From: Clostridia bacterium
GTDB taxonomy: Bacteria > Bacillota > Clostridia > UBA1212
Assembly (NCBI GenBank): GCA_045544575.1
Contig: JAZPZG010000028.1
Span: forward strand, 20,565-84,564
Reading direction: 5' to 3'
Length of the DNA stretch: 64,000 nt
A program made the translations under genes and the position numbers. Shown piece by piece: positions 27,200-37,164 of the stretch; within the stretch, counting starts at the first letter, position 1; the number at the start of each line of letters is the position of its first letter. The notes below the pieces were generated by a model. It saw only the letters and a list, made by a program, of their open reading frames with translations, had not been told where the DNA came from and did not search any database.

Positions 27200-27601
27200 C
27201 TATACCGAATAGAACAGCGCGATAAACACAGTCGCTATTGCAAGAAAACCAAGTCCGGTAAAAAATATAAAACCAAAACCCGAAGATATGCGCTTTTCTC
27301 TCATACGAATTTTGTAATCATAATACTTTTCATCATTTTGATTCCTTTTAAAAGGAACCAACGAATGAGCCAACCGCTTCAGTGAGTAGGATATCCCGTC
27401 AAAAAAACCGTCTTTGCTTATCCAAAGCAAAGCAGAAACGCAAACCATTATCATTCCCGGAACGGTAAATGCATCAGCCAACACCTTATAGCGAATCATC
27501 TTATCGGTGATTGCATCATAATCACATACTACAAGCACCAAACACGCGAGTAACGCTCCCATAAGAATAGCTATTGCATATTTTATTAACCGCTGCTTCA
27601 C
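27200..27601 (-). CDS. Small membrane protein (DUF3899-like by recollection), last gene of the opp operon
   Basis: 133 aa with 3-4 predicted TM helices. Its start overlaps the oppF stop (27598-27601). Confidence 0.5.
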   Translation of the reverse strand: MKQRLIKYAIAILMGALLACLVLVVCDYDAITDKMIRYKVLADAFTVPGMIMVCVSALLWISKDGFFDGISYSLKRLAHSLVPFKRNQNDEKYYDYKIRMREKRISSGFGFIFFTGLGFLAIATVFIALFYSV

Positions 27602-28800
27602 TGTTTCAGCTCCTCACGGTACTTCTTTTCCTCAGCATCGTTACAGTAAACAAAGTGCCCGGGAGCAACCTCGCGCATTGAAGGCTTATCAACAGAATAA
27701 TCATGCTCTGCAAGTGCATTATAGGTAATTCTGCTTCGCTGCTTTTCATAGTGCGGATCGGGAAGGGGAATGGCAGAAAGAAGCGAGCGTGTATACGGGT
27801 GCAATGGATGAGCAAAAAGCTCGTCTGCAGTTGCAAGCTCTACCATCTTACCGAAGTACATAACACCGATTCTGTCAGAAAAATATTTTACAACGGAAAG
27901 ATCGTGCGCTATAAAAAGTATCGTAAGTCCGAGACTGTCACGGAGTTCGTTCAGAAGATTAATAACCTGTGCCTGAATTGAAACGTCGAGTGCAGAAATC
28001 GGCTCATCGGCAATAATCATATCCGGTCTCATTATTATGGATCGTGCAATACCGATTCTCTGTCTTTGACCACCCGAAAACTCATGCGGATAACGTCCGG
28101 CATGCTCACGTACAAGTCCTACCAACTCAAGAATTTCGTAAACCTTTTCCTCGATGTACTTCTTGTCTCTGATTCCGTTGATTACCATACCCTCGGAAAT
28201 TATCTCGCGAACGGTCATACGAGGATTAAGAGAAGCAATGGGGTCCTGGAAAATCATCTGAATTTTCGTGATAAGACGTGTGTTTTTTGCTACACGAAGC
28301 TCGTCACGGTACTTCTTTTTGAGTTTCTTTAATTCCTCGGGAGAAGCAGTTTCAAGCTTCTTTTCGTAATCTTCCTTCACTTTGGCAACAAGCTTTGCCG
28401 CATATTCCTTGTCGGAGTACTTGTGATCAAATTTTGCCTCACGGATAAGTCTGCGATTTTCTTCTATCTTTTTCTTGTTCTCCTCCGCATTTTCAGGGTG
28501 CGCCTTTGTATCAGCCTTTAATTCCTTTATGGCATCTCGGTAGGATCGTGTTCCGGCACAGATTCGTTGACCTTTAAAGTAAACATTACCGGAAGTATTA
28601 TCGTATATTTTGATAATAGAACGACCTGTAGTGGTCTTTCCGCAGCCTGACTCACCTACAAGACCAAATACCTCACCCTTCTTTATTTCAAAGCTGACAT
28701 CATCTACGGCTTTGAGCTCCTTATTTCCCATCTTGAAATATTGGCAAAGATGCTCGACGCGGAGTAAAACTTCATCATTATTATTCTGCATTATCGGCAC
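27598..28800 (-). CDS. oppF: Oligopeptide ABC transporter ATP-binding protein OppF with ~85-aa charged insertion
   Basis: Walker A GESGCGKTT, Q-loop IQMIFQDP, signature FSGGQRQRIGIA and Walker B IIADEP. A Lys/Glu-rich insertion lies between Walker A and the Q-loop. Confidence 0.85.
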   Translation of the reverse strand: MPIMQNNNDEVLLRVEHLCQYFKMGNKELKAVDDVSFEIKKGEVFGLVGESGCGKTTTGRSIIKIYDNTSGNVYFKGQRICAGTRSYRDAIKELKADTKAHPENAEENKKKIEENRRLIREAKFDHKYSDKEYAAKLVAKVKEDYEKKLETASPEELKKLKKKYRDELRVAKNTRLITKIQMIFQDPIASLNPRMTVREIISEGMVINGIRDKKYIEEKVYEILELVGLVREHAGRYPHEFSGGQRQRIGIARSIIMRPDMIIADEPISALDVSIQAQVINLLNELRDSLGLTILFIAHDLSVVKYFSDRIGVMYFGKMVELATADELFAHPLHPYTRSLLSAIPLPDPHYEKQRSRITYNALAEHDYSVDKPSMREVAPGHFVYCNDAEEKKYREELKQ

Positions 28801-30952
28801 CTCCTAATTTTTTCATACGCGCAATTCGTTCCGAAACTATCGCCGGAGGATCAACCTTTGGTGCATCGGGATGCAAAAGCCAAGTTGCCGCCCAATGAGT
28901 AGGCGAAACCTCAAAAGCCGGAGGCTGCTCTTCAAAATCAATTTTAAGAGCGTACTTGTTTCGTGCCGCAAATGCATCTCCTACAGGAGGATAAATCATA
29001 TTCGGCGGCGTACCGGGAATAGCCTCAAGCTTTTCGTTTGTATCAAGGTCAGGCATTGACGACAGGAGTGCCCATGTATAAGGATGTCTCGGGTCATAGA
29101 ACACATCATCAACGTTACCGTACTCAACAATTTTTCCTGCATAGAGAACTGCAATTTTATCCGCCATGTTCGCAACAACACCAAGGTCGTGCGTAATAAA
29201 TATAACAGAGAGATTTCGTTCTTTTTTAAGATTGTTGATGAGTTCCAAAATCTGTGCTTGAATGGTCACATCAAGTGCAGTTGTAGGCTCGTCACAGATA
29301 AGAATGTCAGGGTTTGCAGAAAGTGCTATAGCAATAACAATTCTCTGTCTCATACCGCCCGAAAATTCAAATGGATATTGATTGAAGCGGATACGTGCCT
29401 CCGGAATACCAACCTCGTCCATGAGCTTAATAGCCTTTTCCTTCGCCATTCTCTTTGTGAGTTTAAACACCACTTGAGAAGCTTTTTCCTTAAGATAGTC
29501 AATAAGTACAAGGGCCTCCCTATTGAAATCTACACTTGCGACATTTTCAATGTCCTTCTCGTATTTTGCCGTAAGGCCGTCAAGGATTTTTAAAATATTT
29601 CCTCGGAGCTCATCCAAATCGTAAACTGCCTTTGGAGTAACCTTCCAATCTACCTTTTTGCCCTTTGCAATAAGAGCATCACGCTTAGCGCTCTGTCTTG
29701 CGTAGCGAGCCTCTTCCTTGGGGTTATTTTTCACCGCAAGGAAATATTTCTCAACTATGTTAGATAAACTGCTTTCGAAAGTGTACGCTCTGCTGTCTTT
29801 TATTGTTTCAAGACGATTGATCGATGCCTTTACAAGCGCACTTATCTTCTTTACCTGTGTCGTTGCTTCTTTTTTCTCAAAGTTTCCTGCAAAATAGCTA
29901 CGTACTGCAGGCATTTCGGCAAGCACTGCTTTTTTTGCATCAAGCGACTTGTTGAATGAGTTTTTAACGGCATTTGTCTCAAGCTCGATGAAATCTTTCA
30001 TGAAATTGTCATCGAGATAATTAAGTGTAAGAGCATTTATCTGATCAATGCTCTTGCCTGAAAAATCAGCATCCGGAGTCTTCAGCATATAGAAGCCTAT
30101 TCTAAAGAAGTTAGGGCGTGTTTGCTTGATAATTTCATGCAATGGTACATCAATCTTGTTAAGCAATGCCTTAATCTCTGAACGATCTGCCACTCCCTCT
30201 CCCTTTACAGGTGTATAACTACGGGCCGCACTTTTAATTTGCTGCACGTAGTTTTCGATGTCTGAATCGTATGCAGGTGTAAGAAAACGGTCCTTTACAA
30301 GTGCAAGCTTTTTGGCAAAGTCGTAAAGCCTGTCCTTTACATTGAATTTCTGCTTCTTGTCGATAAGAAAGAGCATATCATTTATGTCAGCAATAAGCTC
30401 CTCTGCCCTTGTGTGCGCCTCATTGTACGCATTTTCAAGTTTTATTGCCTTAACATTGAGGTCATCGAAGGTTTTGATTGCTTGATTTATCTTTGAAGCT
30501 TCTGCAGTACCATAATATTCAAGCATATTTTCCTTAAGAAGCTTAAGATAAATATTAAATTCTTTACGTGACGCCTTGCGATTGGCTTTATTCTTAAGGA
30601 GCATTGCCTCTGTAATCTGCTTACCGATTTTAACAATCGGATCCAAGGAGGACAACGGATCCTGGAATATCATTGAAATTTTATCGCCGCGTAGCTTGTG
30701 CATATCCTCTTCATCAATTTTGAGAAGGTCCTTGCCGTCATAAAGAATTTCTCCGCCCTCTACTATAGAGTTACCTGCGAGAATTCCGAGAATTGCCTTG
30801 GAGGTTACGGACTTACCTGAGCCGGATTCACCTACAATAGCAAGAGTCTCACCTCTTTTGAGATCAAAGGAAATGTCACGAACAGCCTTAACGTTACCAC
30901 CGTTTGTGCGAAAGGAAATTTTTAAGTTTTTAACTTCAAGTATATTATCCAT
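28781..30952 (-). CDS. oppD: Oligopeptide ABC transporter ATP-binding protein OppD with ~375-aa helical insertion
   Basis: 723 aa. Walker A GESGSGKS, ISMIFQDP, and then about 375 aa before FEFSGGMRQR / ILICDEPTTALD / ITHDLG. Oligopeptide C-terminal extension (YDPRHPYTWALL). Confidence 0.85.
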   Translation of the reverse strand: MDNILEVKNLKISFRTNGGNVKAVRDISFDLKRGETLAIVGESGSGKSVTSKAILGILAGNSIVEGGEILYDGKDLLKIDEEDMHKLRGDKISMIFQDPLSSLDPIVKIGKQITEAMLLKNKANRKASRKEFNIYLKLLKENMLEYYGTAEASKINQAIKTFDDLNVKAIKLENAYNEAHTRAEELIADINDMLFLIDKKQKFNVKDRLYDFAKKLALVKDRFLTPAYDSDIENYVQQIKSAARSYTPVKGEGVADRSEIKALLNKIDVPLHEIIKQTRPNFFRIGFYMLKTPDADFSGKSIDQINALTLNYLDDNFMKDFIELETNAVKNSFNKSLDAKKAVLAEMPAVRSYFAGNFEKKEATTQVKKISALVKASINRLETIKDSRAYTFESSLSNIVEKYFLAVKNNPKEEARYARQSAKRDALIAKGKKVDWKVTPKAVYDLDELRGNILKILDGLTAKYEKDIENVASVDFNREALVLIDYLKEKASQVVFKLTKRMAKEKAIKLMDEVGIPEARIRFNQYPFEFSGGMRQRIVIAIALSANPDILICDEPTTALDVTIQAQILELINNLKKERNLSVIFITHDLGVVANMADKIAVLYAGKIVEYGNVDDVFYDPRHPYTWALLSSMPDLDTNEKLEAIPGTPPNMIYPPVGDAFAARNKYALKIDFEEQPPAFEVSPTHWAATWLLHPDAPKVDPPAIVSERIARMKKLGGADNAE

Positions 30953-30954
30953 TA

Positions 30955-32505
30955 TCAGCCCTCCGATCCTCTGAGTGACGGGTTGAACGCATCGCGTAAA
31001 CCGTTACCGAACAGGTTAAAGCAAATCATAAGCAACGAAATTACGATAGCGGGGAAAATCATCAAGTGAGGATAATTCGTCCAAATACTGCTTGCATCGG
31101 AAAGTAATGTTCCGAGAGACGTCATCTCTGTTCCGCCGAGATTAACAATACCGAGGAAACTAAGCATACTTTCCTGGAAAATTACACCCGGTATAACCAG
31201 TACCGATGAAGTGATAATTGTACCCAAAGAGTTCGGGAAAATGTGCTTCCAAATAATTCTCGCGTCACTTGCACCCAATGTTCTTGCCGCCATAACGTAT
31301 TCTTGATTCTTAAAGCGGTAAAACTGCGTACGAACTCTGCTCGCCGTTCCTATCCAGCCCGTTACCACAAACGCAAACAGTAAGCTTGGAATCGGTCCAA
31401 CCTTTTGTGCCAAGTGCATTTGGAAAAGTGTTGCCACTACGATAAAAGGCACACCCGCCAAAATATCAGAAATACGCTCCATAGTAAGGTCAACCACACC
31501 GCCGTAATAACCTTCAACAGCACCGTATATAGCACCGAGAATGAAGTTAATCACGGAAACACATACGGCAACCAAAAGACTAAGTCTTATACCGATTGCC
31601 ATACGAAGTGCGAGATCGTATCCTTGGCTGTCCGTTCCGAAAATATATTCAGGCTCAAAGCCATTCATATACGTATAGTAGTTGTAGTAAAGCACACGTA
31701 CATTGTACTGAGCTGTCTCAAATGAGCCACCGCCTGTGTACTCCCAATAAACAAGGTTTCCGTCAGCATCGCGCCTGTAATTATCAACAAGCTCCAAATC
31801 CTCAGAGTAAGAAATCTTGTTTCCTTTTTCGTTAAGAGGATTGTACTTCGAGTCCATCTTATACCAGTTGTTGGCGTCCTTGTAGTCTGCACAGAACTCG
31901 TTATTTTCAATGAGAGGATACATTACGCGAACACCATGCTCTTCCTCCCATGCCCTTATCTCGTCAAACTGATGTTGTTCAATGGACTTGTAAATAAAAC
32001 CCATTTCAAGGTAGTTGTCCACCTGCGCCGTGTAGTAAGGCTTCTTAAACGCATCCAATGTCTGTGCGGTAAGCTCTTTTACAGGATTATAGAAAGGATC
32101 AACATCCGCTATAGAGTTATGCTCGCCATCCCAGTTCGCTGTGCCAATACCGACAGCAAGCGCACCGATAAAACCCTTCTCAGAGTATTCTCTCTCAATC
32201 GTACCATCAGCAATACCTATCTTTGCAAGAGTGAGATTTCGCGGACATTTCTTTGCATAATACGGATCAAGGAAAGTCGAGTCATACTTTGAATTGAAAG
32301 CAGGTGCCGCAATTGCAAAAGCTATAATTGCAAGAATAATAATCGCCGCAACAATAGATGCCTTGTTCTTACGGAAGCGCAACCATGCATCCTTCAAATA
32401 GCCGATAGGCTTGTCTTCAAATTTTGTATCTGTAATTTTCGCTCCGGTATTTGCAAATTCAAATTTTTCCTTAGGAATTTTGTAATTGTTTCCATCTGCT
32501 GCCAT
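30955..32505 (-). CDS. oppC: Oligopeptide ABC transporter permease OppC with enlarged extracytoplasmic loop
   Basis: 516 aa. TM1, then a ~215-aa loop, then a BPD-transporter core with the EAA-like motif AARTLGASDARIIWKHIFPN. Confidence 0.85.
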   Translation of the reverse strand: MAADGNNYKIPKEKFEFANTGAKITDTKFEDKPIGYLKDAWLRFRKNKASIVAAIIILAIIAFAIAAPAFNSKYDSTFLDPYYAKKCPRNLTLAKIGIADGTIEREYSEKGFIGALAVGIGTANWDGEHNSIADVDPFYNPVKELTAQTLDAFKKPYYTAQVDNYLEMGFIYKSIEQHQFDEIRAWEEEHGVRVMYPLIENNEFCADYKDANNWYKMDSKYNPLNEKGNKISYSEDLELVDNYRRDADGNLVYWEYTGGGSFETAQYNVRVLYYNYYTYMNGFEPEYIFGTDSQGYDLALRMAIGIRLSLLVAVCVSVINFILGAIYGAVEGYYGGVVDLTMERISDILAGVPFIVVATLFQMHLAQKVGPIPSLLFAFVVTGWIGTASRVRTQFYRFKNQEYVMAARTLGASDARIIWKHIFPNSLGTIITSSVLVIPGVIFQESMLSFLGIVNLGGTEMTSLGTLLSDASSIWTNYPHLMIFPAIVISLLMICFNLFGNGLRDAFNPSLRGSEG

Positions 32506-32506
32506 G

Positions 32507-33463
32507 TTATTTCTCCCCCATTCTTATTCTAGGATCAATAAATCCGTAGCTTATGTCAACAACGATTCCCGCAAGGAGTCCGACAAACGTGTAGAATACA
32601 CTGTCCATCATGAATACGTCATAGTCCAGCAAAGAAATTGATTTAACATAGAGCTGTCCTACACCCGGAATCGAAAAAATTTGTTCAATAATCATAGAAC
32701 CGCCGAGAATACCGATAAAGCTGGAAATAATCATAGGCAAAATCGGAACCATTGCATTTTTCAACGCATGGCGTGTTGTAGCTTGAGCTCTTGTGAGACC
32801 TTTTGTTCTCGCAAGAAGCATGTATTCTGAAGTAAGAGTTTCTGTGAGCTCCGCACGGGTAAAACGACACAAGCCTGCGATTTCAGAGAATGAAAGCGCA
32901 AGAATAGGCGGAACCATACTGTAAAACATTTTCCAAGTAAACCATCCCCCCGCATCTGCAAGTGAATAGAGCACCTGGGGGAACCAACCAAGCTTAAAGT
33001 ATAAGAAATACTGTACCAAAAATGCATAAACATAGCTTGGAATCGACACAAACAGCATTACCAGCGTACTGATGGCGTGATCCTGCCATTTGTTCTTCTT
33101 AATAGCCGCAAGTACGCCCAAAGCAATACCTACAGGCACAGAAAACAAGAGTGAATAAAGATTTACGAGAACAGTAGGAAGCAATCTTCCCATCACAACG
33201 TCCCATGCCGGCTTATTTACCGAAACATACCAAGACGTACCGAAATCCCATTTCGTAACAATATTTTTTAAGTAAATGCCAAACTGTACAAGCAGTGGCT
33301 TGTTGTATCCAAGCGCATCCCAACGCGCCTGCATTACCGCCTGCAGGTTCTTATCCTGAGGCATTTCACGAGGCAGAACTCTAATGAGCATAAAACATAT
33401 CGTTGTAATAACAAACAATGTGAAAAACATCAAAAGAATTCTCTTTAGTATATACTTTGCCAT
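32507..33463 (-). CDS. oppB: Oligopeptide ABC transporter permease OppB
   Basis: 318 aa. N-terminus YILKRILLMFFTLFVITTICF and EAA motif LARTKGLTRAQATTRHALKNA. Confidence 0.9.
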   Translation of the reverse strand: MAKYILKRILLMFFTLFVITTICFMLIRVLPREMPQDKNLQAVMQARWDALGYNKPLLVQFGIYLKNIVTKWDFGTSWYVSVNKPAWDVVMGRLLPTVLVNLYSLLFSVPVGIALGVLAAIKKNKWQDHAISTLVMLFVSIPSYVYAFLVQYFLYFKLGWFPQVLYSLADAGGWFTWKMFYSMVPPILALSFSEIAGLCRFTRAELTETLTSEYMLLARTKGLTRAQATTRHALKNAMVPILPMIISSFIGILGGSMIIEQIFSIPGVGQLYVKSISLLDYDVFMMDSVFYTFVGLLAGIVVDISYGFIDPRIRMGEK

Positions 33464-33544
33464 AAATTCTCTCCTTTTTCGGCTGTATTATTATATAACT
33501 TTAAGTAGGCGTTTATACCGATAAATACTTCGATATATACAACC

Positions 33545-33590
33545 GAAAAAACGCAGACAAAGGGAGAGAAGAAGCTCCCTCCCTTGTCTC
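33545..33590 (-). terminator. Intra-operon terminator/attenuator after oppA
   Basis: The minus strand has the hairpin GAGACAAGGGAGGGAGC...CTCTCCCTTTGTC followed by TGCGTTTTTTCGG. This is the usual arrangement that gives an excess of binding-protein mRNA. Confidence 0.45.
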
Positions 33591-33639
33591 GTTTCTAAAC
33601 CCTAATTTCGCTTAAAACGAAATATTCATTAACGAAATA

Positions 33640-36144
33640 TTACTCGTACTTAAAGTTATCGCCCTGTTCAGCTACAAACTTTGTCCAAGCAGCATCATCG
33701 TAGTTGTAAGACATGAGACGGAGTCCGCCGAAGCCGTACATAATGTTGTAAGACTCTGTGTAGTACTTCAACTGGAATGAAAGCATTGAACATATAGTTG
33801 TACCTGCGAGAGGAATTCTGTAGTAAGTCTTAAGGAAAGCTTCCTCAAGCTGTGCAGTGATTGCAAGCTTTGTATCGAAATCAGCAGTAGCGTAAGCACC
33901 TGCACCAATCATACAGTTAGACCAAGCCTGCCATGTCATGGTAACTTCCTCACCGTTTACAGTAAGAGTAATCTCTTCTGTTGTAGGATCGTAGTTAGCA
34001 GCCTCGTTGATGGAGTACTGAGAAGGATCCATATAAACCTGGAAGTTTCTGAAAGGATAGAACGCAGCACCGCCCCATGCACCGTAGCCGATAGCATACT
34101 CACCTGCAGGAACTGCATCATATCTGTTATCAATGTTGCCAACAGCCTCGAAAGTAATCTTGCCGAAGCCTGAACCTTCGATAGCAGCGTTGATGAAGTT
34201 GTTCATAAGAGCAACCTGCTTGTTGTCATCAGATGTAAGAGCGCCCTTTGCCCAGCCGATCTTAATCTTAATTTCTTCGCCGGCTGTGTAAAGACCATCA
34301 GCAACAAGCTCGTCGCAAGCAGTCTTCATAAGAGCCTTAGCTTCTGTGAGGTTGTAACCTGTGATAGAATCGTGAGCTTCCTTAAGTGTTGCATAAGGAG
34401 TACCCTCGCCGTACTCTACACCGTAAAGGTTTACGATAGCCTGCATAGCTTCCTCAGAAGATCTGTAAGAAGATGTAGGATCGTTATATACATCGTAGAA
34501 GTAGAGCTGATTCATCAAAGAGAATGCAGGCTGATAACCCTGAGTAGCTGTTACGTACTCTGCTCTGTCAATAGCAAGGCTGAATGCCTTACGGAAGTTT
34601 GTGTTAGAAAGAACAACACTGTTCTGGTTGCCCTTAGACTCATCCATAATCTCGAGCATGCCCTTATTTGTGTTAAAGAAGAAGGACATTGTGTAAGTCT
34701 CGTCAACCTTGTAAAGTTGGTCAGACTTAGAATATGTGGAAAGCTCTTCTGCAGGAGGAGCCCATTCAGAAAGCTCACCCTTAAGGAATGCCTGCTTAGC
34801 AGCAGCGTCATCCATAACATCGATAACGATCTTTGTAGTCATGTACTGCTGCTTCTTCTCACCGTCAACTTCGAAGTTTGTGTAAGAAATAAGGCTGCCG
34901 TCATCCTGCTTCTCAAAGCCGTACCAGTTCTCGTTCTGAACGAATACAATCTGCTTCTCTTCCTGGAGAGAGCTGATCTTGTATGTGCCGTAAGACATAG
35001 ATGTTTCCTTCGATGTACCGTAGTTTGTGGTAACAAGATCGCCATCGTACTCCTTACCTGCCTCATAAAGCTCTTCGTAAACGAGCCATGTATCAGTCAT
35101 AGCAGTATAGAAGTAGTTCTGGTCAATGTAAGTTTGTGTAACATAACGAATTGTGTAATCGTCAACCTTGTAGCAACCTACCTTGTCGTAGCTAACTTCT
35201 TCACTGAATTTTCCTGTGTTGTAGAAAAGGAATTCCTTATAGATCTCTTCATTAACAGATCCGTCTTCATTGTAGACAGAGAGACCGAATGCTGCACAGA
35301 AAGAATCGAGAATAGCAAGTGCATCTTCCTTATTCTTATCTGTAATTTCAATGAAATCGTAAGGGTTTGCTGTCTCGTTAAGTTTAGTAACAGCATCGCC
35401 GTCTACATAACCCAAATCTACCAAATCAGCGATTGTGTAAGAAGATGTAAATGTAGTAGCACTCTTTGTGTTCAGATAAACCTTGTTTGCTGTGAGGTCA
35501 AAGCTGTAATCAGGAGTCTCGTCTGCACCGTAAGCGGGAACAACTGCCTCGTAGATAGGAGCTTTGGAGTTGTAGTAGCCTGCAGCACCTGCGAGAGCAG
35601 ACTCACCTGCAATGTAAAGATTAGCTCTGTAGTTTCTCATGGCAGGATCAAGGAGAGCCTTCATGGAGTAGATGTAAGAGTCAGCGTTGATAGCAACACC
35701 GTTCTCCCACTTAGCATCGGGATTAAGCTTAATCTCGAATACATATCCGGCCTCGGTAGTGTCGGCAGTAGCGCCCTCAGGAAGAGTACAGCCGTATTTT
35801 GTAAGGTCAGCCTGATTCTCCTTAGTAACGTCTACGATATCCGTAGCCATTTCGAATACCCACTGGTAAACACCGTTTTCGGAATCCTTGATAGACATAT
35901 CAACGAAAGGTGATGAAATGTAGCCGAGAATAGACTGGTCTGCATTCGTATCCCAAGCGTGAGGATTCCAGTTTGTACCCAGTGCAGTAGTGTATGACTT
36001 ATATGTATAGTCTTTCTTTGCAACTGTATTGTTTTTATCTGTGTTGGGAGTCTTCTCATCTCCACAAGCAGCAGTAAAGCAAACAGAAAGCAACATAAGT
36101 GCAGCAAGGGCAAAACTTAATACTTTTTTTGTTTTTTTGCTCAT
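33640..36144 (-). CDS. oppA: Oligopeptide-binding lipoprotein OppA (very large, family 5 SBP)
   Basis: 834 aa. Lipoprotein signal LLSVCFTAACG. SBP_bac_5-like body. Strong codon bias that also creates a long antisense shadow ORF. Confidence 0.85.
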   Translation of the reverse strand: MSKKTKKVLSFALAALMLLSVCFTAACGDEKTPNTDKNNTVAKKDYTYKSYTTALGTNWNPHAWDTNADQSILGYISSPFVDMSIKDSENGVYQWVFEMATDIVDVTKENQADLTKYGCTLPEGATADTTEAGYVFEIKLNPDAKWENGVAINADSYIYSMKALLDPAMRNYRANLYIAGESALAGAAGYYNSKAPIYEAVVPAYGADETPDYSFDLTANKVYLNTKSATTFTSSYTIADLVDLGYVDGDAVTKLNETANPYDFIEITDKNKEDALAILDSFCAAFGLSVYNEDGSVNEEIYKEFLFYNTGKFSEEVSYDKVGCYKVDDYTIRYVTQTYIDQNYFYTAMTDTWLVYEELYEAGKEYDGDLVTTNYGTSKETSMSYGTYKISSLQEEKQIVFVQNENWYGFEKQDDGSLISYTNFEVDGEKKQQYMTTKIVIDVMDDAAAKQAFLKGELSEWAPPAEELSTYSKSDQLYKVDETYTMSFFFNTNKGMLEIMDESKGNQNSVVLSNTNFRKAFSLAIDRAEYVTATQGYQPAFSLMNQLYFYDVYNDPTSSYRSSEEAMQAIVNLYGVEYGEGTPYATLKEAHDSITGYNLTEAKALMKTACDELVADGLYTAGEEIKIKIGWAKGALTSDDNKQVALMNNFINAAIEGSGFGKITFEAVGNIDNRYDAVPAGEYAIGYGAWGGAAFYPFRNFQVYMDPSQYSINEAANYDPTTEEITLTVNGEEVTMTWQAWSNCMIGAGAYATADFDTKLAITAQLEEAFLKTYYRIPLAGTTICSMLSFQLKYYTESYNIMYGFGGLRLMSYNYDDAAWTKFVAEQGDNFKYE

Positions 36145-36446
36145 TGCAAAAATACCTCCTTAAATAATAGTACATGCCTAATCTATATCATAGTAAGGCA
36201 CGCCCAATACACCAAGTATAAAAATATTACTTAGCATTTATCCACTAAATAATATCAGTAAATCTTTTTTTATGCAAGTTTTTTATTTGTATTTTATGTA
36301 TTTTCTTTAAAATTTTTAAAAAATTGTTTCATTTTCATGAAAAAGGTGTTATAATATATCTTACAATACAAACGTGGCGGATGCCGATAATAAATTCATA
36401 TATTTTGTTTTTGCGAGTATCCGCGATAAAAGGGAGGGTTGTATCT

Positions 36447-37085
36447 ATGAAGCGTTTTGTTATTACAATCGGAAGAAGCTGCGGCAGCGGCGGAAGTACT
36501 ATCGGAAAGATAGTTGCAAAAAAGCTCGGAGTAAGCTATTACACGAAGGGCAGCTTGTCTCTCGGTTCCGAAGACGGCTCAATCAGTAAAGAAATCTTTG
36601 AGCATGCAGATGAGGAAGAAAAAAAGACTCTTTTGTATAACATATCATCGGAAGTCTTTGAAACTCTTGACGATACAAGCCCAATAGCAGCCGAAAGTTA
36701 TGATTTTACTCAGAACGAAAGACTTTTTAATTATCAGTCAAAAGTCCTTCGCTCTCTGGCAACACACGAATCATACGTTGTTATCGGTCGTTGTGCCGAT
36801 TACGTTTTGAAAGACGAAAAGGACATCTGTCTGCTTAACGTCTTTGTAACCGCACCTGATGACGTATGTACGTACAAGGAAGCAGGCAGACTCTATATGT
36901 CCTCGAAAGCCGCAGCAGCACACGTATACAAATTTAATCATTACCGTGACGAATATTACCACTTCTTCACGGGACAGCATCGCTGCGATATGAAGAATTA
37001 CGATCTGTGTCTCAATACGCACTACCTCACGTACGAGGACTGTGCCGACCTGATTATACAGGCATTGGAACATAAGCTTAAATAA
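36447..37085 (+). CDS. Cytidylate kinase-like family protein (P-loop NTPase of unknown role), paralogue 1
   Basis: MKRFVITIGRSCGSGGSTIGKIVAKKLGVSYY and VIGRCADYVLKD. The ATG at 36447 is preceded by AGGGAGGG. Paralogous to 55902-56504. Confidence 0.7.
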   Translation: MKRFVITIGRSCGSGGSTIGKIVAKKLGVSYYTKGSLSLGSEDGSISKEIFEHADEEEKKTLLYNISSEVFETLDDTSPIAAESYDFTQNERLFNYQSKVLRSLATHESYVVIGRCADYVLKDEKDICLLNVFVTAPDDVCTYKEAGRLYMSSKAAAAHVYKFNHYRDEYYHFFTGQHRCDMKNYDLCLNTHYLTYEDCADLIIQALEHKLK

Positions 37086-37104
37086 AACTGTTCAATAAAT
37101 AATT

Positions 37105-37147
37105 AACAAGGCAGGGAGCTCAAGTACGAGCCCCCTGCCTTGTTTTC
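37105..37147. terminator. Bidirectional terminator between convergent genes
   Basis: AACAAGGCAGGG (37105-37116) pairs with CCCTGCCTTGTT (37133-37144). A/T runs flank it. Confidence 0.6.
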
Positions 37148-37164
37148 ATCATTGCTGAAATAAT

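Noticed and set aside
34372-35913. 513-aa plus-strand ORF, the longest unexplained ORF in the track
   Set aside because: It lies entirely inside and antisense to the strongly supported oppA gene. Its Cys/Val/Leu/Arg-rich nonsense composition, lack of an RBS and absence of motifs mark it as a shadow ORF created by the strong codon bias of oppA.
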